Assembly (NCBI GenBank): GCA_012813795.1
Contig: GCA_012813795.1_4087.1
Origin: a phage
Strand: one strand, 5' to 3'
DNA: 64,000 bases
Positions 1 to 6,902 of the stretch are shown one piece after another (the first letter of the stretch is position 1; every line of letters begins with the position of its first letter). The translations under genes were made by a program, and so were the position numbers. The notes beneath the pieces are model-generated. The model had not been told where the DNA came from. It worked only from the letters and a program-made list of their open reading frames with translations, and did no database searches.

Positions 1-310
1 GTATACAATTCCTAAGAGAACTCGTTGTGTAAGTACTTAAATCATTTTCTGTAATGAAATGAACATTCCAGTTGACTTGTACTGGATAATCTCGTTTAAA
101 AAACAAAACTACTATAGGTCTTTCAGTACTCAATGCATTAATAAATTCGATTACACTATCATAGATTTCAGTACGGATATTATTGGTTTTTATTGTACTT
201 ATGTAATTCTGTTTAATTCCGTGCTCTTCATTGATTTGATACTCAAAAAACTTTTTAAACAATTCTTTGGTTAAATCAGATGAATTTTTAATATTCGTTG
301 CGTTACTCAT
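1..310 (-). CDS. hypothetical protein, partial (runs off window start); N-terminus MSNATNIKNSSDLTKELFKK
   Basis: Minus-strand ATG at 310-308 followed by more than 100 sense codons to position 1 with no stop; absent from ORF track because no stop is inside the window; hydrophilic K/E-rich composition. Confidence 0.4.
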   Translation of the reverse strand, partial: MSNATNIKNSSDLTKELFKKFFEYQINEEHGIKQNYISTIKTNNIRTEIYDSVIEFINALSTERPIVVLFFKRDYPVQVNWNVHFITENDLSTYTTSSLRNCI

Positions 311-400
311 TCACTTCGTTCTCTCGTAACTCAAGAATTCGTTTCGTTATCTACGATAACTCACTCATTCATATTAATTAATATTGTATTGTACTTTTAA

Positions 401-950
401 AGATTGACGGGATTTGTTGAGGACATTTTCATCCCCCCGCAGGGGAATGATATTAAAAAAGAACCAATGAAGGTTCTTGATTTTGACGCTGATGGCATCG
501 GAATTTATCGAATTGCGAATTTCTCCATATTTTGGACGGTTCAAGGGTGTCCAATTTTTGGAGAACGAAAGCGGGTTGCTCTGTTTCTCTCTATCGCAGT
601 CATATGCAACGGTCGCAGGTATTTTCATCCCCTGCACTAAAGTACTGGAACTATTCGATCAATTCAGTACTCGTTTTACTCAATTTTTGGGTGCAACTTT
701 CCCGTAGAAAAATTGACCGCTTGTTTTAAGTAAAACTCCCTTAGCAAATCTGGTAAGGTGCGATCCTTATACATCTATCGAGGAACTCTCTGTATGCTTA
801 TCGGAGTTCTTTATTGAGCCGTGTCGCCGTGTGATCCGTGTCTTATTTCGCGTTTGTATGAATGCACTTGGATGGTACTAACGGGTTTCTTTTGCTCATC
901 GCCTCAGTGGGAAGGCTCATCTATCCTTTACATTTTCAAGAGAAGTAGGT
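401..950. repeat. Direct-repeat element copy A: long non-coding region with invariant cores at 567-597 and 736-771 and a GC hairpin at 433-445
   Basis: About 720 bp without a convincing ORF; shares blocks with 63490-63965 including identical 31-nt and 36-nt cores at the same spacing (139 vs 141 nt) and a stem whose loop differs between copies. Confidence 0.55.
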
Positions 951-1030
951 TCTTCTTGTCCGTTGTTAAAACGTCCACTGACATTTTCCATTACAATATA
1001 ATTATAGCACAATATAAAGTATTGTCCCAA

Positions 1031-1444
1031 TTACATATAAACTTTTTTCAATTCTTTGCTGCTTCGTTCAAATACTGTTTCAATGAACTCAATATCCTGA
1101 AGAAGCTGTAGAGTACTGGCATCTGTCTCATTGCGTGACACATTTCTGTACTTTTGTTCAGGGTGATTGAATACCACCTTGACTACACTATTTAGGTCTA
1201 CAAAATTTGACGTTTTTTTCGTATAGGAAGCCTGAAGCTTAATATACTTCCCATTATCTTGTAGATTAGTTTTATGAATTAGTTCTTCAATACCTGTAAG
1301 ATGTAAATAACTATCTTCTTCTTTGACGAATGTAATAGTCAACAGTACTGTCTTTTCGTCTCCCATGTCAGAGATATTTTTCACAGCACTAACAATTTCC
1401 AAGTTTGAAAAATCTAAATCTTTAAGCATTACACATATTTCCAC
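1031..1444 (-). CDS. hypothetical protein
   Basis: 137-aa minus-strand ORF, hydrophilic composition, packed with neighbours. Confidence 0.5.
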   Translation of the reverse strand: MEICVMLKDLDFSNLEIVSAVKNISDMGDEKTVLLTITFVKEEDSYLHLTGIEELIHKTNLQDNGKYIKLQASYTKKTSNFVDLNSVVKVVFNHPEQKYRNVSRNETDASTLQLLQDIEFIETVFERSSKELKKVYM

Positions 1445-1785
1445 AAAGTTCTATAAGTGATAATTTCTTCTCTGGTAACAGAAACTTCATTGCACTTAAC
1501 ACCATCCGTTTCATACTCGAATGGTCGTTGTGGTCGATATTCTGTTAAACCTCGTTCATACGTACAATGATAATACTTGTTCTCGTTTATGTCAAGAAAA
1601 ACAAGATCAAATTCTTCAGTAAATCGTCTATGCCCTTTACTTTCATTGCAAATGATTTTGTACTGCACATCTGGACCAAAGGTTTCAGTACTGTCATCCC
1701 ATGCACCATAGTCAGTATACAAATCATCTTCATCTAACTCTGCAAGATGCCACATTAACTGTGGTAAAAAGATTTTTGATTTCAT
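1429..1785 (-). CDS. hypothetical protein
   Basis: 118-aa ORF; GGAG 8 nt upstream of ATG; 16-bp overlap with downstream gene. Confidence 0.5.
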   Translation of the reverse strand: MKSKIFLPQLMWHLAELDEDDLYTDYGAWDDSTETFGPDVQYKIICNESKGHRRFTEEFDLVFLDINENKYYHCTYERGLTEYRPQRPFEYETDGVKCNEVSVTREEIITYRTLWKYV

Positions 1786-1797
1786 TTATTTTCTCCA

Positions 1798-1826
1798 TTA
1801 AAAAAGGACTTGATTTCTCAAGTCCC
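1798..1826 (-). terminator. Intrinsic terminator candidate after the HNH gene
   Basis: 8-bp stem ggacttga/tcaagtcc (1806-1825) with 4-nt loop, followed on the minus strand by a U6 run (plus-strand aaaaaa 1800-1805). Confidence 0.55.
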
Positions 1827-1838
1827 TATTATAACATA

Positions 1839-2450
1839 TTACTCATGTTTATCCAACAGCTTTTGTGCCTTTTTTAATGCTTTCATGTGTCGCCCGTACT
1901 CACGAACATGCCACAGATGATCGTTATCCCATAGCTCTTGACGCAATTTACGTTCTTCGATCATTTCTGGTGTAGGACGTTTACTTTCCTTCTCAATCTT
2001 ATTGAAATAACGATTCATATGTTCTTCAAGTAGATTTAGGTTTTTGACTTTCTCAAGGAATTCATCAACCGTTTCAGTTTTATTTGAACGCATTTGGTTG
2101 CATCTTGAGCACATTGTATTAAAGTTGGACTCCAAATCAGCACCACCTTTAGATGCAAGATGATTATGATCTACAGTCATCATAACTTCATAAAGACCAC
2201 ATACTGCATACACATTTAAATGCGGTTTACCATATACCGGATCACTACAGTTAGAACGTTCGATTCGAACTTCTGTAGCCTCGATGCCACAAGCAATGCA
2301 CTTACAATTCTTAACGAATGTTAGTACTTTTTGTGGAAAGTATCTGAAAGTAATACCATTATAAGTATAACGTTTCATTTTGGTACTAGTATGATTGAGT
2401 TCATCTAGTAAACTCAATTTGGTTACATAATAAACATGATATTTAGACAT
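1839..2450 (-). CDS. HNH-family endonuclease, possibly a free-standing homing endonuclease
   Basis: Cys-rich core CIACG ... VDHNHLASKGGADLESNFNTMCSRCN matches the HNH His/Asn metal-finger pattern; own terminator downstream. Confidence 0.55.
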   Translation of the reverse strand: MSKYHVYYVTKLSLLDELNHTSTKMKRYTYNGITFRYFPQKVLTFVKNCKCIACGIEATEVRIERSNCSDPVYGKPHLNVYAVCGLYEVMMTVDHNHLASKGGADLESNFNTMCSRCNQMRSNKTETVDEFLEKVKNLNLLEEHMNRYFNKIEKESKRPTPEMIEERKLRQELWDNDHLWHVREYGRHMKALKKAQKLLDKHE

Positions 2451-2451
2451 A

Positions 2452-2766
2452 CTATTCCTTAACTTTTATGTTAACACGAATATTTTGGTCTTGGAGTTTG
2501 CGAATTGTATCAATTAGTGCATCATATCTCAGTGCACATTCATTGTATATGGAATCCCAACGCGTCAGAACGTTAAGAATTTCATCACCAGCATATCCTC
2601 TATTACCATGTGAGTCAACAACAATTTTTTTAGGAATTGGTGTATCTTCTTCGCATCGTTCTAATAAGATTTCCTGGGTGATTATTGGTGACGCTTGAAC
2701 TGGAACCTTATTAGAACACCCAGTGATAAACATAAAAGTAATCAAGAATGTTAATATGTATTTCAT
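2452..2766 (-). CDS. o-spanin (outer-membrane lipoprotein subunit)
   Basis: Signal peptide with lipobox FITGC then a short mature protein; start overlaps the stop of the upstream i-spanin-like gene by 4 nt, as in the T4 pseT.3/pseT.2 pair. Confidence 0.6.
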   Translation of the reverse strand: MKYILTFLITFMFITGCSNKVPVQASPIITQEILLERCEEDTPIPKKIVVDSHGNRGYAGDEILNVLTRWDSIYNECALRYDALIDTIRKLQDQNIRVNIKVKE

Positions 2767-3137
2767 TTAAATTTCTCTCTAGCTGCAAGTGAATTTTGTT
2801 TTAGATCATTCAAAAGTTTTACCCCTTCTTCATCTAAACATACATTTCTATAAACTTCACGCTCAATAATAACTGGTACTTTAGTTTCTATTACCTTTGC
2901 ATTATTTTGCATTATATGTTTAGTTTCTACATAGTTTTTGGTATTTTGGCTTTCAATTTTACTTAAAGCCGCATCTACTTTCTTCTCTATTTTTAATTCA
3001 ATACTTTCTTTATACCCAGTATAAAAAGTATTAGCCTTCCAGCCACCAAAAGTACATGATGCCATCAGGAGAACAAACGCAATTGGTTTCCAGAACGGTA
3101 TCAGTACTTTTGAAACAATAATATCTAGTACACTCAT
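2763..3137 (-). CDS. i-spanin (inner-membrane subunit)
   Basis: N-terminal transmembrane helix (IAFVLLMASCTFGGW) followed by charged coiled-coil-like region; immediately upstream of lipoprotein gene. Confidence 0.55.
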   Translation of the reverse strand: MSVLDIIVSKVLIPFWKPIAFVLLMASCTFGGWKANTFYTGYKESIELKIEKKVDAALSKIESQNTKNYVETKHIMQNNAKVIETKVPVIIEREVYRNVCLDEEGVKLLNDLKQNSLAAREKFK

Positions 3138-3182
3138 AATAATATCTCCTATAGATGATGATATTATTTAGAGTGCTGAAAA

Positions 3183-3608
3183 TTAGCGTTTATCGATCAT
3201 TGTTTGTACATGTTCTACGAGATGTACGATTCTGGAATCACCTGATTCATACTTATCTTCGATCTCAACCTTAAATTCATCTTCAAGTTCCATGATCATT
3301 TCTACCCAGTCCAGTGAATCAAATTTGAATTTTTCTTCAATTTCTAAGGAGGTTAAATGTAAATTCATCAGTACATCTGCCTCTGATACATCACCATAAC
3401 GTCCAGAAATGAATTTTGCAATTGCTTTCTCAACGTCAGTTGGTCCACGTGTACGGTATTCTGGTTCAAGGAACCATTCACCCTTATTGATAGCTTCTAA
3501 TTCTAGTTTAATTTCATGCATTACTTTATAACGATCAGTACTTTTATGGATGCGGCTAACTTCGCGATTCAGTACACGTAGTGCATCAATAATTGTTGAA
3601 TTCAGCAT
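3183..3608 (-). CDS. Acyl-carrier-protein-like protein with N-terminal extension
   Basis: C-terminal half carries the ACP phosphopantetheine-attachment signature FDSLDWVEMIMELEDEFKVEIED (DSL serine followed by acidic helix). Confidence 0.5.
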   Translation of the reverse strand: MLNSTIIDALRVLNREVSRIHKSTDRYKVMHEIKLELEAINKGEWFLEPEYRTRGPTDVEKAIAKFISGRYGDVSEADVLMNLHLTSLEIEEKFKFDSLDWVEMIMELEDEFKVEIEDKYESGDSRIVHLVEHVQTMIDKR

Positions 3609-3617
3609 ATAATCCTC

Positions 3618-4859
3618 TTATTTTTTACCATACCACTGCATTTCTCGAATATCGATTAGAACTTTTGCAGCTAGTTGAATGTTTGGTTTCTTTGGTAGAA
3701 CTGACTTAGGATACACCACATTGCGGATATAGTCAACCTTTTCATTGAAATAATCCATGACTTCTTCATATTTCCATTTGCCGTTGCGGATATCCATTAG
3801 CATATCAGCATCAGGACGTTTAACAAGGATAATACCGCTTTGTAATGCTTCTTCGGCACTATTTAGCAGCCTGATCGTATGCATAGCATGTTTTAAATCG
3901 AAGCCGTGCTGTGATTCCATAAGAGCACGTTTAGCATTACGATTCTCTTTCCATTTGTGATAACTTTTACGGTTCTCACTGTTCTCACTGTATTCTTTTT
4001 CATTGAATTTGACAATGAGTTCAGGTCGCACTTTCAATTCTTCAGTACTGCGTTCTTTGTTGAAATAACGTAAAGAACCATCAGCGTTAATTGTACTTTC
4101 ATTAGGATTGATAATAACACCAAAGATATTTTCACCGTAATGAATTAATTCGTACCCATTGTTATAATCCAATAAGTTGAAATCACGGTCTAGTACTTTA
4201 TCAGTACTGTAATTATGTACTAAACGTACAAAATGATACTGTTTCAACGGATGAGTTGAAACTAACTGCAATGAAGTATCACGCATGTATTTTTCAAAAT
4301 CAATTTTCTTAGCATTAAATGGATGTAGTTTAGAAGTATCTAAACGTTCTACCAAATAGTGTGGGAAATTTTCATACATCCATGCTAAAGTTTCATCTAC
4401 TGGAAAATCTTCTAAGATTTCATTTAGACGTTTTTCAGCAATACGCTCTTTATCCATCCACCCGTGGTGATTAGACATACGCTTAACCTGATTATATGCA
4501 TAACCGGTATAAGAGAATGCAATCTTAGAACTAAGTAATTGTTGATTGAATGTACGTAGATAATCATAGATTTCAGTACTTTCTACGATGTGTTCAGGAT
4601 CGACCCATAGTGATTCAAGAATATTTGGGTTAGCCTCTGTATATAGTCTTAAGTACTGGTTTAGTTCATAGAATTTAGTATCTTCTTCTCTTGAATCAGA
4701 AACTTCCTTTACATTATAAAAAGGCGTAAGGATGAATTCTTTGTTAGCAAGAAAAATACCACGATAATCCGTATCACTTTCAGGTGTACTGGTTCCATAC
4801 GCTTGTGAACCTGCTAAGTGCTTCACAATTGTTTGTTCAAGAAATTTGTTATTATTCAT
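3618..4859 (-). CDS. Pol-beta-superfamily nucleotidyltransferase (RlaP/PF10127-like)
   Basis: N-terminal HLAGSQAYGTSTPESDTDYRGIF fits the GS-x(9-13)-D-x-D minimal nucleotidyltransferase motif; 413 aa. Confidence 0.5.
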   Translation of the reverse strand: MNNNKFLEQTIVKHLAGSQAYGTSTPESDTDYRGIFLANKEFILTPFYNVKEVSDSREEDTKFYELNQYLRLYTEANPNILESLWVDPEHIVESTEIYDYLRTFNQQLLSSKIAFSYTGYAYNQVKRMSNHHGWMDKERIAEKRLNEILEDFPVDETLAWMYENFPHYLVERLDTSKLHPFNAKKIDFEKYMRDTSLQLVSTHPLKQYHFVRLVHNYSTDKVLDRDFNLLDYNNGYELIHYGENIFGVIINPNESTINADGSLRYFNKERSTEELKVRPELIVKFNEKEYSENSENRKSYHKWKENRNAKRALMESQHGFDLKHAMHTIRLLNSAEEALQSGIILVKRPDADMLMDIRNGKWKYEEVMDYFNEKVDYIRNVVYPKSVLPKKPNIQLAAKVLIDIREMQWYGKK

Positions 4860-5257
4860 AGATGTAATGTTAGCTCCTTAAGAAACCCATTATAGTACTT
4901 CATGAAATCTTTATGAAGAACTTTGTATTCTGATAAACTAAAACCTAGATTGATTATAGTATCTTCTTGAAAGAACTTTTCTTCTTCGGATAAATCCAGA
5001 GAAATAGATTGTTTGCCACCATTTAATATTTTAGTAAAGTGTAAACCATCATTATTGATTTCAACGTACATGAAGTTATTTTCACGGTCACGAGGGCAAA
5101 CAATATTAATGGAACTTTCACCAGTATCATCGTATTCGAATGATATTACATCATACTCCCCGATTCCATAAAATTGTTTATCACTCTTGTAACCACTATA
5201 TACTTTTTTATACGAATCCATCTGTCTTATGGTGCTATACACATCATCAAGATCCAT
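4856..5257 (-). CDS. hypothetical protein
   Basis: 133-aa ORF, 4-nt overlap with upstream gene. Confidence 0.45.
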   Translation of the reverse strand: MDLDDVYSTIRQMDSYKKVYSGYKSDKQFYGIGEYDVISFEYDDTGESSINIVCPRDRENNFMYVEINNDGLHFTKILNGGKQSISLDLSEEEKFFQEDTIINLGFSLSEYKVLHKDFMKYYNGFLKELTLHL

Positions 5258-5260
5258 ATA

Positions 5261-5764
5261 TTAACTCCTGTAATATTGTAAGTATTCGTTCTTTGCATCA
5301 TCCAATTCTTTTTGTTCCTGAATTTTCTTGTCGATATCTTTCACGTTAGTAATACTGTTATATAGTGCGTGAAGTACAAGAAAATCAGATACAGAAGTTG
5401 AAAAATCCTTCCACCCACCCGACATTTTAATACGCACACGTATATCACGTCTGTCCATCCAGAACATGAACCCTCGATTCCCACGTAAATCATTAATCAT
5501 ATACACTTTAAAACAAGAATCTCGTGTGCTGCTTTCTCGTCTTTCAAAATCTACATGAATACTGAACAAGTTTTTTGAACAGTACTTACAAAATGCATAG
5601 ATAACAGGATCACATTTTGAAAGAAGATATTTGTTTTGAATAATTTCTCTGCGATCTTTGTCTGATTTAATATTAGGTACTAATAAAGTACTTTTGTTTA
5701 AAATCAACGCAACTAAGTACTGAAGAATATCATTATCTTTTACTTTATGTTTACCGAAGATCAT
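5261..5764 (-). CDS. hypothetical protein, member 3 of tandem paralog triplet
   Basis: Shares S/T-D-x-D-R-R/K ... I ... K ... LS motif and C-terminal charged helix with 5764-6264 and 6274-6834. Confidence 0.5.
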   Translation of the reverse strand: MIFGKHKVKDNDILQYLVALILNKSTLLVPNIKSDKDRREIIQNKYLLSKCDPVIYAFCKYCSKNLFSIHVDFERRESSTRDSCFKVYMINDLRGNRGFMFWMDRRDIRVRIKMSGGWKDFSTSVSDFLVLHALYNSITNVKDIDKKIQEQKELDDAKNEYLQYYRS

Positions 5765-6264
5765 TAGTATAATCCTTTTAGTTTATTAAATTCATTAAGT
5801 TTATGCTGCTCGTATTCTAACTTCTTGTACTTTGTTTCAAGCTCACGAAGTGCAACGAGTAAATGAAACAAAAACATTTGTTCATGTTTAGGTAGAATAT
5901 TCGCATCTCCGTTAATATAAACAAATGTATGTTTTTCATCATAATCTTTAGATGAATATGTTACTGCATTAAAATCAACCTTAGTTTCGGTATCAAACAA
6001 TTTTACACGGTTGATATGATTACCATATATGAATACTGGTTCATATAACCAACGTTCACCGTATGGTTCTTTAACTAGGTCAGTGATTAGTTTCATTAGA
6101 GAATGAGAACTTAACATTTCTTTAATTTTAAGTATAGTTCTACGATCTTCATCAGTACTGATAATTTCTTTTAAAGAATAGCTTTTCATCAGTACTGGAA
6201 GAATTAATGTACACCACTCTACATTTTCTCTTTTGTGATCATTATTTTTCTTTTTGAAAAACAT
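5764..6264 (-). CDS. hypothetical protein, member 2 of tandem paralog triplet
   Basis: KEIISTDEDRRTILKIKEMLSSH aligns with KDFVKTDNDRKSLIELKYKLSKH in the upstream paralog. Confidence 0.5.
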   Translation of the reverse strand: MFFKKKNNDHKRENVEWCTLILPVLMKSYSLKEIISTDEDRRTILKIKEMLSSHSLMKLITDLVKEPYGERWLYEPVFIYGNHINRVKLFDTETKVDFNAVTYSSKDYDEKHTFVYINGDANILPKHEQMFLFHLLVALRELETKYKKLEYEQHKLNEFNKLKGLY

Positions 6265-6273
6265 AGTAACCTC

Positions 6274-6834
6274 TTAATATAAATCAGTTATTCTCTTTTG
6301 GATTTTGAATTTACGCTGTTCTTCTTCAATTTGTGATAACTTTTCTTTAATATCTTCAGCACCAATAATCACATGGAACAGGATCATTAACTCATCATCA
6401 TCAAGCATATCATAATGAACACCGAAGTTTGAAGAAACAACACATGACAAATCTCTTGATTGAATGATAGTTTCTTCGGTTCTGTGTTCAATCCCTGCTG
6501 GTGTATACTCAACCTTAAACATGATTGCATTTTTTAAATCGCGTAGTATGAATTCTTCATCACCACCCCACAGTTTTTTTTGAACCATAGACCAACGATC
6601 ACTGAATGGATTTTGGGTGTATTCTGCCAGTAATCCATATAGTTTATGCTTACTTAACTTGTACTTAAGTTCGATAAGTGATTTACGATCATTATCGGTT
6701 TTCACAAAATCTTTAAGAGTTACACTTTTGCATAGCAAACGAACTACTAGTGTATTCTGAAAGTGCTGCTCTTTTTCTTTTAAACGTTGTAACTGTGCGG
6801 GTGACAGTGGTGGTCTAAAACGTGATTGTACCAT
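6274..6834 (-). CDS. hypothetical protein, member 1 of tandem paralog triplet
   Basis: AGGAGG 7 nt upstream of ATG; paralogous to the two downstream genes. Confidence 0.5.
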   Translation of the reverse strand: MVQSRFRPPLSPAQLQRLKEKEQHFQNTLVVRLLCKSVTLKDFVKTDNDRKSLIELKYKLSKHKLYGLLAEYTQNPFSDRWSMVQKKLWGGDEEFILRDLKNAIMFKVEYTPAGIEHRTEETIIQSRDLSCVVSSNFGVHYDMLDDDELMILFHVIIGAEDIKEKLSQIEEEQRKFKIQKRITDLY

Positions 6835-6865
6835 AGATTCCTCCTAGTTTTTTAGCATTATACAG

Positions 6866-6896
6866 ATAAAAGAAAAGCCTGTCAATAGACAGGCTT
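6866..6896 (-). terminator. Intrinsic terminator candidate after fibre-like gene
   Basis: Stem agcctgtc/gacaggct (6876-6895) with loop aata; U-rich tract follows on the minus strand. Confidence 0.5.
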
Positions 6897-6902
6897 AATT
6901 TT

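Noticed and set aside
59-274. Plus-strand ORF of 71 aa
   Set aside because: It is antisense to a better-looking minus-strand ORF (ATG at 310, open to the window edge) and has a hydrophobic low-complexity translation typical of antisense frames in AT-rich DNA
401-950. tRNA gene inside the repeat element (ggttcaagg T-loop-like segment near 546-555)
   Set aside because: No acceptor, D or anticodon arms could be assembled around it and the segment is not conserved in copy B
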